Source of the DNA: a bacterium
Lineage (GTDB): Bacteria > Patescibacteriota > Patescibacteriia > SG8-24
Reading direction: 5' to 3'
NCBI GenBank assembly: GCA_023246225.1
Contig: JAHFIV010000003.1
Coordinates: forward strand, 1-56,591
DNA: 56,591 bases
Part shown: one piece after another, positions 38,462 to 48,444 of the stretch
Position numbering within the stretch: the stretch's first letter is position 1
Layout of the letters: every line of letters starts with the position of its first letter
Notes under the pieces: model-generated
The model's database searches: none
Told to the model about the DNA's origin: nothing
What the model saw: the letters and a program-made list of their open reading frames with translations, nothing else
Made by a program: the position numbers and the translations under genes

Positions 38462-39646
38462 TTATTTTTTTAAAACTTTAACGCCGGGTAATGTTTCTCC
38501 CGCAAGGAACTCGAGCATCGCGCCGCCGCCAGAAGATACGTGGTCCACAAACTGCGCCATCCCCGTTCGCTCCAAACATTGCACCGTTTCTCCCCCACCG
38601 ACCACACCGAACGCTTCCCCCGAAGACCGCGCGGCGATCACCCGTCCGAGCGCGAGAGAACCGTGGCTAAATTTTTTCACCTCGAACAATCCGACCGGTC
38701 CGTTCCACACTATCGTTTTCGCTTTTTTTAAAATGGTAGACCAAGCACGGATCGTTTCGACTCCCACATCGATGATAAATTCATCACGCCGTACTTCTTT
38801 TGGTTTCCGCACGATCGGCTGCGCGCGATCATCAAGTCGCTTCGCGGTGAGTACATCGATCGGGATCAGTACGTTCTTTTTTTTGAGAAAACGTTTTGCA
38901 ATTTTCACCTCTGCTGCTGTAACCGTGGAGCGTCCGGTTTGAAATCCTTTCGCGCGTAAAAATGCATTCGCCATTCCTCCACCAACCAAAACAGTGCTTG
39001 CCAACTTTTGCATGCGCTCGATCACCGGAAGTTTGTCGGCAACCTTTGCGCCACCGAGCAGCACCACGAACGGCCGCTTCGGACGCTGTAACAATTTACT
39101 GAGTTGTGTCACCTCTGTTTCCATGAGAAATCCAGCGACAGAAGGGAGAAATGCAGCGATACTGGTGATCGATGCATGATCGCGGTGCGCGTCAGCGAAC
39201 GCGTCGTCGACATACAGGTCGCCAAGAGATGCAAGCCGTCGTGCAAAACCTGCGTCATTCATTTTTTCTCCTTTGTAAAAACGAATGTTCTCCAACATCG
39301 CGATGCCGCCGTCTTTCAACGGGGAAAGTGCGCGTTCCACTTTTCCTACTTGTTCAAGATTCTCTTTTACAAACAGCACGTTCTCGCCGAGTCCTTTCGC
39401 AAGATAATTCGCAACCGGCGCAAGAGAAAATTTTTTTTCACGTCCTTCGGGTCGACCGAGATGCGCAACGATGATCGTTTTTGCTCCGCTCTTTCGTAAA
39501 AAATCGATCGTGGGAAGCGCGGCGAGAATACGTGAATCGGCGTCGCTCTTCACCTTTCCGTGAGCGATCGGCACGTTAAAATCCACGCGTAAAAGCACCC
39601 GTTTCCCCCGCAAATTCTTCTGCATTTTCAGCGTCTTTAGCGACAT
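38462..39646 (-). CDS. pgk: Phosphoglycerate kinase
   Basis: RVDFNVP, HLGRP, LENIRF, GGAKV, WNGPVG, GGGAMLE; start trimmed to MSLKTL. Confidence 0.97.
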   Translation of the reverse strand: MSLKTLKMQKNLRGKRVLLRVDFNVPIAHGKVKSDADSRILAALPTIDFLRKSGAKTIIVAHLGRPEGREKKFSLAPVANYLAKGLGENVLFVKENLEQVGKVERALSPLKDGGIAMLENIRFYKGEKMNDAGFARRLASLGDLYVDDAFADAHRDHASITSIAAFLPSVAGFLMETEVTQLSKLLQRPKRPFVVLLGGAKVADKLPVIERMQKLASTVLVGGGMANAFLRAKGFQTGRSTVTAAEVKIAKRFLKKKNVLIPIDVLTAKRLDDRAQPIVRKPKEVRRDEFIIDVGVETIRAWSTILKKAKTIVWNGPVGLFEVKKFSHGSLALGRVIAARSSGEAFGVVGGGETVQCLERTGMAQFVDHVSSGGGAMLEFLAGETLPGVKVLKK

Positions 39647-39656
39647 ATGATGCTTA

Positions 39657-39817
39657 GGAACCTCTGGAAAATTATATTCCAAACGGGAAACGAGATATTT
39701 TTTCTGCACGCTTCGATGAAGCGCCACAAGCGATGTGGAGCATCGCTGAGGACGCGGCGTCGGAGCGTGCGGGAAAAATAGCCATTTTCCGTTGGAAGAG
39801 AATTTTCCAGAGGTTCC
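39657..39817. repeat. About 161-bp palindromic MITE-like element (family B), copy 2
   Basis: GGAACCTCTGGAAAATT...AATTTTCCAGAGGTTCC terminal inverted repeats. Confidence 0.87.
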
Positions 39818-39980
39818 ATGGAGCAGTATACCACAAAAAACCGAAGCAAACCGGTCATTTTTGCATCATTTGCCGACTACTCTTGACAAAAAACGCCAAT
39901 TCGAGTATGTTGTTCCAGAACAAGATCGCGCCGCGTTTGGCACGATCACCCCAACCCCGAGAGAAGAAGGAGACCGACCC

Positions 39981-40241
39981 ATGGGAGGCTCGAGCTACGA
40001 CACGGACGCAAACGAGAAAGTCAAGAACAACACCGGCGGCGACGCGAAGGCGGGCAGCACCGAGACCATCGTGACGCCCGCGAGCGACACGGCGGCGAAC
40101 GACGACGGAACCAAGACCGGCGGCGGCCCGGCGAACACCAACGACGCGACCCAGACCGGCGGCGCCCCCGTGCCGAAGCCCACCGACAAGGGCTCGGTCG
40201 CCAGCGTCACGCCGGAGGACGACCCGCCCGAAGCGGCCTAA
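39981..40241 (+). CDS. Small acidic low-complexity protein (86 aa)
   Basis: TTGACA-N17-TATGTT (39883-39911), SD AAGGAG, strong C/G-ending codon bias, terminator at 40268-40307. Confidence 0.65.
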   Translation: MGGSSYDTDANEKVKNNTGGDAKAGSTETIVTPASDTAANDDGTKTGGGPANTNDATQTGGAPVPKPTDKGSVASVTPEDDPPEAA

Positions 40242-40267
40242 CCCACAACCGCACCGGCGGCTACAAT

Positions 40268-40307
40268 GACTCCCCCTCGAGAGCTTCTCGAGCGGGAGTC
40301 TTTTTTA
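40268..40307 (+). terminator. Intrinsic terminator
   Basis: GACTCCC-CTCGAGA...TCTCGAG-GGGAGTC followed by a T-tract. Confidence 0.75.
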
Positions 40308-40328
40308 TCGAGCCGCAGTACATTCTTT

Positions 40329-40459
40329 TGTCATTCCGGCCACCTCTTTTTTTGTCATTCCGGGCCGTGACCCGGAATCCACAAAATAAAAAGACCAAAC
40401 GAGAAATCGTTTGGTCTTTTTTTACGTTTCTGGATTCCGGGTCACGGCCCGGAATGACA
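40329..40459. repeat. REP/REPIN-like palindromic element, copy 5
   Basis: GTCATTCCGGGCCGTGACCCGGAATCC and its exact inverse flank AAGACCAAACG-N-CGTTTGGTCTT. Confidence 0.88.
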
Positions 40460-40463
40460 ATAC

Positions 40464-41777
40464 CTAATCATTCCGCGTATACAACACTGTCCCCCGCCAC
40501 CACAACCGCACCGCGGTCCACGGGGGAAGAATGCCCAGGAAATACATCAACGTCGCTGCTTCGTGTAAAAACCACGCAACACTTCCTTTGAACTTGCGTC
40601 CGAAAGCGGTCGCGACCGCGTACTTTCCACCGAGCGGAACGACCGCGGGAAATTTCGGGAAACGAAATGCGACCGCGTCACCGCCAGAGACGCGCGACAA
40701 AACACTCTTGCCTGAAGTCTCCCCCATCGCAATCGCTGCCTGCGCGAGCCACGGCACCGGCTGCTTCGTCGAAGGATCGATGAGAAGCGCGGAATCACCG
40801 ATGACGTACACGTTTTGTTTGTTCGGCGCTTCGAGCGTCGGACCGACCTCCACACGAAACCCGCGCGCATCGAGCGACAGGCCGAGTGCTTCGAGCGAGG
40901 ACGACCCACGAATCCCACCGCACCAAAGAACGAGATCTGCGTCCAACACTTTTTCTCCCTCTTTTTGAAAATCACAGAGCAACTGATCGGTCGTTTCGCC
41001 CGGTTTGCATGCACGCGGCACGATCGTGACGTGTCCGAGCGCAACTTTTTTTACCGCGCTATCCAAATGCAAATGCACACCGAGGCGCATCAATCGTTCA
41101 CGCGCAAAATCCGAAAGCTCCGCACCCATCGCACCGAGCACGCGCGGCGACGCCTCAACAACCGTGATGTGAAAATCACCGACTTTCAGATGCCCCTTCA
41201 CCATGTGCTTACGAAGCAACATCGTGAGCTCGCAAGCGAGTTCGATTCCTGTGGCACCACCGCCACCGATCACAATGTTCAGCGTCTCACGCTTCCCCAT
41301 CTCCTTCATGTGCAGCATGTCGTGCACACGCTGGCGCACACGATCGGCATCATGCACAGTTTTGAGAATCAATGCATGTTCTTTCATGCCTTCGATGCCA
41401 AAATAATTTACCTCTGCACCGAGCGCAACGATCAGATCATCGAATCGCACGGGCGACATCACACCAAGTTGCACTTCGCGACGCTCCCAATCGATACCGA
41501 CCACGTGATCGTGCACGAAATCGACGCCCCATTGAGAAAAAAGTGACGCGCAATCGACCGTCACACCGGTGTGCAACAACTTCGCTGTACCAAGATTTTC
41601 GTGCTCAACAAAACCGCTCGCCGCTTCATACAAGAGCGGTGTAAAAACATGCACCGACGAACGGTCGATTACGGTCACCTGCACACCGTCACGATGCGCA
41701 GCGGCGATAGTACGCGCAGCGGCGATGCCACCGAATCCAGCACCGAGAATCACGACGGAATGTTTTTTGGTAGACAT
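40464..41777 (-). CDS. Type II NADH dehydrogenase-like FAD-dependent oxidoreductase
   Basis: GAGFGG, PLLYE, GGGATGIELA, VYVIGD, AQAA. Confidence 0.88.
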   Translation of the reverse strand: MSTKKHSVVILGAGFGGIAAARTIAAAHRDGVQVTVIDRSSVHVFTPLLYEAASGFVEHENLGTAKLLHTGVTVDCASLFSQWGVDFVHDHVVGIDWERREVQLGVMSPVRFDDLIVALGAEVNYFGIEGMKEHALILKTVHDADRVRQRVHDMLHMKEMGKRETLNIVIGGGGATGIELACELTMLLRKHMVKGHLKVGDFHITVVEASPRVLGAMGAELSDFARERLMRLGVHLHLDSAVKKVALGHVTIVPRACKPGETTDQLLCDFQKEGEKVLDADLVLWCGGIRGSSSLEALGLSLDARGFRVEVGPTLEAPNKQNVYVIGDSALLIDPSTKQPVPWLAQAAIAMGETSGKSVLSRVSGGDAVAFRFPKFPAVVPLGGKYAVATAFGRKFKGSVAWFLHEAATLMYFLGILPPWTAVRLWWRGTVLYTRND

Positions 41778-41785
41778 AGAGGCTC

Positions 41786-42679
41786 TTAGTAGATGACGTG
41801 CAGAAATGAAATCTCCGGCGGCTGAAACAACCGTGCGCGCGGACCGGACTCGCCGACTCCCGGAGTGATGAACAAAGTGATCGCACCCACAGAAAACGCT
41901 CCACGATCATAGTGATTGCCGAGTTTAGTCGGAATGCGCGGTACCGGACCGATGAGCGGTAGTCGTATCTGGCCACCGTGCGTGTGTCCCGCAATCACGA
42001 GTGGGACGTCATGTACCTCGGCTTGTTGTTCTGCGTCGGGATTATGCACGAAAAGAATAGGAATTTCGTTTGCATGCACTTCAGCGAGCGCTTTTTGCAT
42101 ATCAGGCTTGCCGTACTGAATGTCATCGAGACCGACGATGCGAAATGTCTGGCCATTTTTTTCGATCGGCACCGAACGATTGACGAGCGTTTGCACACCG
42201 TACGAACCCAACGCCTTTCGTACATCGACCGCTCCTGCGCGATAATCCCAGTTGCCGAGCGCTGCGTATGCACCGAGCGTGGAGCGAAGATCGCGCAGCG
42301 GTGGGAAAGCAGCGGTCCCCGCGATCGTTGTCGCGAGATCACCTGCGAGGAGCACTGCATCAGGATGGAGTGCGTTGATCCGATCGACAACTTTTCGCGT
42401 CCATTCAAGATGGCGGTATTTTCCGAGATGCAAATCTGAAATCACCGCGAGGTCGAGCGATCGTCCGGTGGCCTGTGAGCCCGCAGCGCGGAGATCGACC
42501 GAGTATTCCTTCACCACAAGCGATCGCGGTGCGATGAAACTCCCGTACGCCACAACCACCCACACAATCCCCGCGATAAAATGCAGCGGTCCCCATCCGT
42601 TTTTTCGCGTCACCACAAACCACACCGGCACCGCGCCGATCACGAACGCAATGACGAGATCAAAAACAAATTCGTACAT
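41786..42679 (-). CDS. Membrane-anchored metallophosphoesterase (YkuE-like)
   Basis: SDLHLG, AGDL, GNWD, HNPD, GHTHGGQ. Confidence 0.9.
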   Translation of the reverse strand: MYEFVFDLVIAFVIGAVPVWFVVTRKNGWGPLHFIAGIVWVVVAYGSFIAPRSLVVKEYSVDLRAAGSQATGRSLDLAVISDLHLGKYRHLEWTRKVVDRINALHPDAVLLAGDLATTIAGTAAFPPLRDLRSTLGAYAALGNWDYRAGAVDVRKALGSYGVQTLVNRSVPIEKNGQTFRIVGLDDIQYGKPDMQKALAEVHANEIPILFVHNPDAEQQAEVHDVPLVIAGHTHGGQIRLPLIGPVPRIPTKLGNHYDRGAFSVGAITLFITPGVGESGPRARLFQPPEISFLHVIY

Positions 42680-42695
42680 GAAAAAATTGAACGTC

Positions 42696-43718
42696 CTACC
42701 TCAGAGAGCGACCAACGAGCGATGCCATCTCTCCAAGGCGACACGAATACCCCCATTCATTGTCGTACCAAGCGATAACTTTCACAAAATCACCATCAAC
42801 TACTTTTGTGAGTTCAAGATCGACGATCGACGATCGCATGTCGCCCTTGAAATCCGACGACACGAGCGGTTCTTCGGTCACGCCGAGGATTCCTTTCCAT
42901 CGTGCGCTCTTCGCTGCTTTTTTAAACACCGCATTGACCTCTTCGACCGTTGTTTTTTTCTTGAGAAGAAACGTGAAGTCAGAAAGTGACACGACCGGAA
43001 CCGGCACACGGAGCGCGATGCCGTCGAATAATCCCTTGAGTTCAGGGATCGTTTCAGTTACTGCGATCGCCGCACCGGTCGATGTCGGAATAATGTTCGC
43101 CGCGGCCGCGCGCGCACGACGGAGATCGTTCGACTTCCCTCCCGGTGGTGGACCGTCCACCAAATTTTGCTCCGCAGTGTACCCGTGCGTGGTCGTCATG
43201 AGCGCTTTCTTCACCCCGAACGTCTCATGCATAATCGCTGCAACCGGCGCGATGCAGTTCGTGGTGCACGATGCGTTGTTGATGATCTTCGGTTTGCCCG
43301 CACCTGTCGGATTCACGCCGAGCACGTGCGTCGGCACGTTGCCGCCTTTCGCCGGCGCAGAAATAATCACGCGCTTTGCGCCCGCAGTGATGTGCTGTCC
43401 CGCACCGACCGCGTCCGTAAATCTGCCGGTGCACTCAAGCACCACGTCGATCTTTTCTTTTTTCCACGGCAACTGCGTTGGATCTTTTTCTGCATACACG
43501 CGAATTTTTTTCCCATCGACTATGATGTGATGCTCATCATAACTCACCTCGTGATCGTACGTGCCAAAATTTGTGTCGTGTTTTAAAAGATACGCGAGCG
43601 CCTTGATGTCCGTGAGATCGTTCACGGCGACAAACTCCAAATCTTTCAACCGACCGAACGATGCGCGAAAAGTGATGCGACCGATGCGACCAAAACCGTT
43701 AATGGCGATGCGTGTCAT
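42696..43718 (-). CDS. gap: Glyceraldehyde-3-phosphate dehydrogenase type I
   Basis: INGFGRIGR, ASCTTNC, WYDNEWGY. Confidence 0.98.
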   Translation of the reverse strand: MTRIAINGFGRIGRITFRASFGRLKDLEFVAVNDLTDIKALAYLLKHDTNFGTYDHEVSYDEHHIIVDGKKIRVYAEKDPTQLPWKKEKIDVVLECTGRFTDAVGAGQHITAGAKRVIISAPAKGGNVPTHVLGVNPTGAGKPKIINNASCTTNCIAPVAAIMHETFGVKKALMTTTHGYTAEQNLVDGPPPGGKSNDLRRARAAAANIIPTSTGAAIAVTETIPELKGLFDGIALRVPVPVVSLSDFTFLLKKKTTVEEVNAVFKKAAKSARWKGILGVTEEPLVSSDFKGDMRSSIVDLELTKVVDGDFVKVIAWYDNEWGYSCRLGEMASLVGRSLR

Positions 43719-43793
43719 ACAGGCAATGAGGTGAGTTTATGTACAAAAAGTATAACAAAAAACGGACGCAAATGCATGCGTCCGTGTCGTCGT

Positions 43794-44312
43794 TTACTCG
43801 GTTGCTGCCGGCCGGTACTTCCACAACCGGTGCTTCTGCCAGAACTCCACGAACACCTCGTAGGTGAAGCCGCTGCAATCGTCCTCCTTGAGAGAGAAGA
43901 CGTCGACCCACTCGGCCTTTCCCTCATCGATGTCACCCGCGGTGATGTCGGTCGTGGTCGTGGCGCACTCCCAGATGTGCGCGAACACCTGGTACGCTTG
44001 ACGCTCCGGATCGAAGTAGAAGAACGCCTCCTTCACACCAAGGTAGTCGCCCGGCTCGACCGTGAGACCGGTCTCCTCGAGCACCTCACGCTGCAACGTC
44101 TCGAGCAGCTTCTCTCCGCGATGAGTGCCGCCGCCAGGCAACGAGAACAGACCGTTGTACTTGCCGCGGATGAGGAGGATCTCTCCCTTTTCGAAGCGGC
44201 AGATCACCGCGTACGCACCCGGACGAAGCCGGAGATCCGATCGCTTGACCAGCCTCTGATCCCCGATCACGGTGAGGCACGAAACTTCTCCGTCTTCCTT
44301 TCCTGTGGACAT
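43794..44312 (-). CDS. NUDIX hydrolase
   Basis: PGGGTHRGE...LQREVLEETGL Nudix box; SD AAGGAGG; own terminator at 43757-43785. Confidence 0.88.
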   Translation of the reverse strand: MSTGKEDGEVSCLTVIGDQRLVKRSDLRLRPGAYAVICRFEKGEILLIRGKYNGLFSLPGGGTHRGEKLLETLQREVLEETGLTVEPGDYLGVKEAFFYFDPERQAYQVFAHIWECATTTTDITAGDIDEGKAEWVDVFSLKEDDCSGFTYEVFVEFWQKHRLWKYRPAATE

Positions 44313-44369
44313 GCGGTCCTCCTTTTGTACGAGATCGCACACGGACCATGACGAAAGGCCAGGGAAATG

Positions 44370-45032
44370 TCAAGCGGCATCCTTTCCTTCCCACTCCGCA
44401 AAAAACTTTTCAAGAAACTGCTCCATATACACGTGACGTTCCTCCGCGATCGCGCGGCCCGTCTTGGTTTGCATGCGATCCTTGAGCAACAATAATTTTT
44501 CGTAAAAATGATTAACGGTCGTTCCTTTGCTCGTTTTATATTTTGTAAAATTTGCATGCATCTCCGGCGGGACGTTCGGATCATACATCACCCGATTCGC
44601 GTGACCACCGTACGCGAACGCACGCGCGATCCCGATCGCGCCGAGCGCCTCGAGACGATCGGCGTCTTGCACCACTTTTCCTTCGAGCGTACGCATCGTC
44701 GTCACGACACCCGCTCCTTTAAATGAAATGTCGGTAACGATCTCCGCAACGCGATCGATCGTCTCCGCATCCGCATCGAGACTTTCGAGCCACTCACGTG
44801 CTTTGCGTGGGCCGACCGCGTCATCACCATCATGAAATTTCCAATCAGCAACGTCATGAAGCAGCGCCCCGAGTCGCGTCACGTACGGATCCGCACTTTC
44901 ACGTGCGCCGATTGTTGCGGCGAGATTCGCCACACGATAAATGTGCCACCAATCATGTCCCGATCCCTCACCTTCGAGGAGCGAACGAACGTATTTCTCG
45001 GTCTGTTCGAGAATTTCAGGATTATTTTGCAT
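44370..45032 (-). CDS. HD domain phosphohydrolase (YedJ-like)
   Basis: GHDWWH, LLHDV, VQDADRLEALGAIGIAR, NHFYEKLL. Confidence 0.92.
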   Translation of the reverse strand: MQNNPEILEQTEKYVRSLLEGEGSGHDWWHIYRVANLAATIGARESADPYVTRLGALLHDVADWKFHDGDDAVGPRKAREWLESLDADAETIDRVAEIVTDISFKGAGVVTTMRTLEGKVVQDADRLEALGAIGIARAFAYGGHANRVMYDPNVPPEMHANFTKYKTSKGTTVNHFYEKLLLLKDRMQTKTGRAIAEERHVYMEQFLEKFFAEWEGKDAA

Positions 45033-45131
45033 ACGGGCGGAGTATACCAAAACTCCCAAGATGCGCTTGCGGATAAAGCGAAACCCCCGTCCGCGAGCGC
45101 GGTACGGGGGTTTGATGATGGCGACGCGGAG

Positions 45132-45449
45132 TTACGTCGACTTTCGCCGAAGCGAGCAACCCGTGGCCGAGTTCTTGTATGCGGGGTTCTTCTCGAACGC
45201 GTTGCGCAGATCGATGAGGGTGAACCCTTTGCTGAGCTGCAGCGTGATGAAGTCGCGAGCGGCTTCGAGCACCGCCATGCTTTCGACGTCGGCTGAGGAG
45301 TGCGCGATACCCACCTCTACGACGTCTCCCATGAGCATCACAACGAGAGAGAACTCATCGCACGTACCCGGATCGATGTACGCCGCGACGAAACGAAGGC
45401 TGTTGCCCTCCGTATCGACCAGAATCCAGTCTTTCGCACCTTCGGCCAT
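45132..45449 (-). CDS. Hypothetical protein
   Basis: TTGACA-N17-TATTGT (45517-45489), SD AAGGAG, terminator at 45081-45113. Confidence 0.65.
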   Translation of the reverse strand: MAEGAKDWILVDTEGNSLRFVAAYIDPGTCDEFSLVVMLMGDVVEVGIAHSSADVESMAVLEAARDFITLQLSKGFTLIDLRNAFEKNPAYKNSATGCSLRRKST

Positions 45450-45560
45450 GACGAATCTCCTTGTTCTGTCCCACAATCAGGACAGAAAACAATACTAAAT
45501 ATTTCGTAAAATGTCAAGCCACGTCGCTCGCGAGCGACGTGGCAAGCCTCGCATCCGCAT

Positions 45561-45688
45561 TGTCATTCCGGCCCCCGAGCCGGAATCCAGAAAAATAAAA
45601 AAGACCAGACGAACATCGTTTGGTCTTTTTTTACGTTCTGGATTCCGGGTCACGGCCCGGAATGACAGAGGAGGAGGCCGGAATGACA
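45561..45688. repeat. REP/REPIN-like palindromic element, copy 6
   Basis: Same core as the other copies; just downstream of tsf. Confidence 0.88.
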
Positions 45689-45700
45689 AGGAAAATATCC

Positions 45701-46294
45701 TTATTCTCCGAGCGCAAACCGACTGAACCGCTTGATCTGCACATTCTCCCCCGTCTTCGCGATCATCTCTTTCAGCAACTCTTCAACTGTTTTGTCTTCA
45801 TCTTTGATGAACGCCTGGTTGAGCAAGCATACCTCAGAAAAATACTTTTCCATTTTTCCGGATGCGATCTTCTCGATCACTTCTTTCGGCTTCGAAGATC
45901 CTTCAAACTCCGCCATCGCGAGTTCTTTTTCTTTTTCAAGCACTTCAGAAGGAATCTGATCAGAGCTCACATACAACGGATTCGTTGCGGAGACTTGGAG
46001 CGCAACTTCATGCACGAACTGTTTGAACTGTTCGGTGCGCGCAACGAAATCGGTTTCGCACAGCACCTCGACAAGTACACCGACGCGACCCGCGCCATGA
46101 ATGTACGAGTCAACCAATCCTTCTTTCGTTGCACGCTCGCCCTTGCTGCCCGCCTTCGCAATACCTTTCTTGCGAAGTTCTTCGGCGGCTTTTTGCATGT
46201 CGCCCCCAGCCTCTTCGAGCGCTTTTTTGCAATCAACGATCCCCGCGCCGGTCATTGCGCGAAGTTCTGCGACCGTTTTGGAATCGATAACCAT
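45701..46294 (-). CDS. tsf: Elongation factor Ts (short form)
   Basis: LRAMTGAGIVDCKKAL, CETDFVA; follows rpsB. Confidence 0.96.
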   Translation of the reverse strand: MVIDSKTVAELRAMTGAGIVDCKKALEEAGGDMQKAAEELRKKGIAKAGSKGERATKEGLVDSYIHGAGRVGVLVEVLCETDFVARTEQFKQFVHEVALQVSATNPLYVSSDQIPSEVLEKEKELAMAEFEGSSKPKEVIEKIASGKMEKYFSEVCLLNQAFIKDEDKTVEELLKEMIAKTGENVQIKRFSRFALGE

Positions 46295-46329
46295 AGAATG
46301 TACGAAGTACTTTTTTAATCACTACTCAG

Positions 46330-47088
46330 CTACACGCCGACAGGAGCGTCTGTAGCCACAGCTTTCAACTTCTCCTTGTCGATATCGATCGATTTCTGCG
46401 CGCGAATCGTACGACCTTCTTTCACCGCTTCTGCAACGAGCTTCGTCATCAACTCGATCGTCTTCACCGCGTCGTCGTTCGATGGGATCGGGTACGCAAC
46501 GAGATCAGGGTTCACGTTCGTATCAACGAGCGCGACGATCGGAATTTTTCGCGTCTGCGCTTCAGCGACTGCGGTTTTTTCTTTCATGATGTCGATGATG
46601 AACAGCGCATCTGGTGGACGAACAACGTCTTTAATACCACCAACTTTGTTCTCAAGATCCGCGATCTCTTTTGCAAAATTCGACTGTTCTTTTTTGGTGT
46701 ACTTCGCAAGCGCACCCGAAGCCTGCTTCGCTTTGAGATCGTTGTAATGACGCACGAGGTTCATCACCTCACCGTAGTTCGTGAGTGTCCCACCGAGCCA
46801 ACGACCGGCGATGTACGGCGCACTACAATCGATCGCATATTTTTTGACGATCTCGCGTGCTTGGCGCTTGGTGCCAAGAAAAAGGATCACACCGCCACGT
46901 GCGGTGGTGTCACGCACGAAATCGAGCGCTTCTTTCAATTTTATCTGCGTCTTTTCGAGATCGACGATGTGAATCCCGTTGCGCGCACCAAAAACGTATT
47001 CTTTCATCTTAGGATTCCACTTGGATTCGCGATGTCCGAAGTGCACGCCGGCCTGGAGCAACTCCAAAAGTGAGGGAACTTGTGGCAT
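46330..47088 (-). CDS. rpsB: 30S ribosomal protein S2
   Basis: AGVHFGH, WNPKM, RWLGGTLTN, DTN, PSNDDA; start trimmed to MPQVPSL. Confidence 0.97.
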   Translation of the reverse strand: MPQVPSLLELLQAGVHFGHRESKWNPKMKEYVFGARNGIHIVDLEKTQIKLKEALDFVRDTTARGGVILFLGTKRQAREIVKKYAIDCSAPYIAGRWLGGTLTNYGEVMNLVRHYNDLKAKQASGALAKYTKKEQSNFAKEIADLENKVGGIKDVVRPPDALFIIDIMKEKTAVAEAQTRKIPIVALVDTNVNPDLVAYPIPSNDDAVKTIELMTKLVAEAVKEGRTIRAQKSIDIDKEKLKAVATDAPVGV

Positions 47089-47197
47089 ATAGAAATAAAA
47101 AAATGATTCCTTAGACCTCTGCGACGCAAGCGCACGAACCCCTTTCTGTTGAGAGGGGCAGGATCGTCCGCCAAATACGCGACGCATGTGGGATTAA
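47089..47197 (-). ncRNA. Possible structured rpsB 5' leader (t44-like)
   Basis: Position, plus CCCCT...AGGGG stem and CAGAGG near the 3' end; no covariance model was run. Confidence 0.3.
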
Positions 47198-47362
47198 GAA
47201 CCTCTAATAAGTTTCTCTTTACCGATCGGCTGCCTGAGGATTTTTCGTCACAAACGGGAGCAGATGCCGAAGGAGTAGCAGAGCTACTTCGAGTGCATCT
47301 GAAACCGTTTGTGACGGAAAATCAGCGGCAGACGAGTCGGGAGAGAAACTTATTAGAGGTTC
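47198..47362. repeat. About 165-bp palindromic MITE-like element (family B, divergent copy 3)
   Basis: Perfect 21-bp TIR GAACCTCTAATAAGTTTCTCT; central GTAGCAGAGCTAC hairpin resembles GATGCAGAGCATC in copy 1. Confidence 0.8.
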
Positions 47363-47372
47363 AACTGGCGGT

Positions 47373-47401
47373 ACTCTACAGTCCACCGAGAAAAAAAGCA
47401 A
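47373..47401 (-). promoter_or_regulatory. Probable rpsB-tsf promoter
   Basis: TTGCTT-N17-TAGAGT on the minus strand. Confidence 0.5.
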
Positions 47402-47441
47402 GGCCCGCACAGTATAGTGCGGGCCAGCAACAGTAGCGAGA

Positions 47442-47993
47442 TCAGTCGTGGAACGGCGGAAAAACCCGATGGCGATCGTACCGCGGGACGATGTCGGGGT
47501 AGGCGACGACGCGGATCATGTCGCCATCGACGGTCACGTCGCGCGGATCGATGCCGACCTCAGCAAGGAAACGAGGCTCATGAACGATGGCGCTCCGGAT
47601 CGCCGACGACCGGCCCTTGGTCTTGGGAGAGATGATGAACTCGAGGGCGTTCTTTCTCTTCCTATAGAACAGGACGTCACACGGCGCGATGTTCTGCAGA
47701 AGCGCTGCGAGTCGCTTGCGAATGCGGTTCGTCGGCGTCCCTATGACTCCGTACCTGGCGAGAGGGCGACACACGAACGCAGCGTCACCGCGCAAACCGT
47801 TTTCGATCTGATCACCACACGTGACGATCACCTCTGTGGCTTCGAAGATCGGGCGAGCGATGCGTTCTCGCGTCGCCGCGACATCAGATCGCACATGACC
47901 ATAATGCGGACTGAAGTGTGGGCGATCACCCCACACCCAATCCACCAAAGACACGAATGCGCAGTCCGAACCGGCCATCTCTTGCTGCAACAT
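47442..47993 (-). CDS. Hypothetical protein
   Basis: TTGACT-N17-TAGGTT (48091-48063), SD AGGAGGT, terminator at 47391-47425. Confidence 0.6.
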   Translation of the reverse strand: MLQQEMAGSDCAFVSLVDWVWGDRPHFSPHYGHVRSDVAATRERIARPIFEATEVIVTCGDQIENGLRGDAAFVCRPLARYGVIGTPTNRIRKRLAALLQNIAPCDVLFYRKRKNALEFIISPKTKGRSSAIRSAIVHEPRFLAEVGIDPRDVTVDGDMIRVVAYPDIVPRYDRHRVFPPFHD

Positions 47994-48159
47994 CGCACAC
48001 CTCCTGTATCGAGTGAAAAACCATCGTCGCTCGCCCTGCCAATCAAAGTACAGCGACCAAACAACCTACCATAAATGTTGGCGCGAGTCAAGAATGAAAT
48101 CCCAGAAAAAAAGCAAGCCCCGCACCGTGATGGTGCAGGGCCTTTATGGAGTTGCGCGG

Positions 48160-48444
48160 TTACGCCGCGCGCGGATCCTCCTCGCGGACGGGCACCGCGA
48201 TGTAGGTCTGCTCGCCGCAGATCTCGATGTTGCGCAGGTCGATGCCGAGCTCCTGCATGAGCTCGGTGTCGCCGCTGATGGCGGTCTTGACGTGCAGCAG
48301 GTTCTTCTGCCACTGCGGCACGACCACGATGCGCAGCGTGCCGCCGACCGTGCCGTCACAGCTGATCTTGCATGCCTTGCAGTTGTCGACCGACTGCAGG
48401 AGCGCTCCGAGTCTGTTGACCACGCTGAAACCTGTCTGTCTCAT
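48160..48444 (-). CDS. Hypothetical protein
   Basis: TTGACA-N17-TAGCCT (48512-48484), SD AAGGAG, terminator at 48105-48141. Confidence 0.65.
   Translation of the reverse strand: MRQTGFSVVNRLGALLQSVDNCKACKISCDGTVGGTLRIVVVPQWQKNLLHVKTAISGDTELMQELGIDLRNIEICGEQTYIAVPVREEDPRAA

Noticed and set aside
39647-39727. N-terminal extension of pgk through the palindromic element
   Set aside because: PGK homology begins at MSLKTL; the open frame is likely incidental, though in-frame use cannot be excluded
34708-43718. tpiA missing from the gap-pgk-eno-gpmI cluster
   Set aside because: Probably encoded elsewhere; cannot be judged from one window
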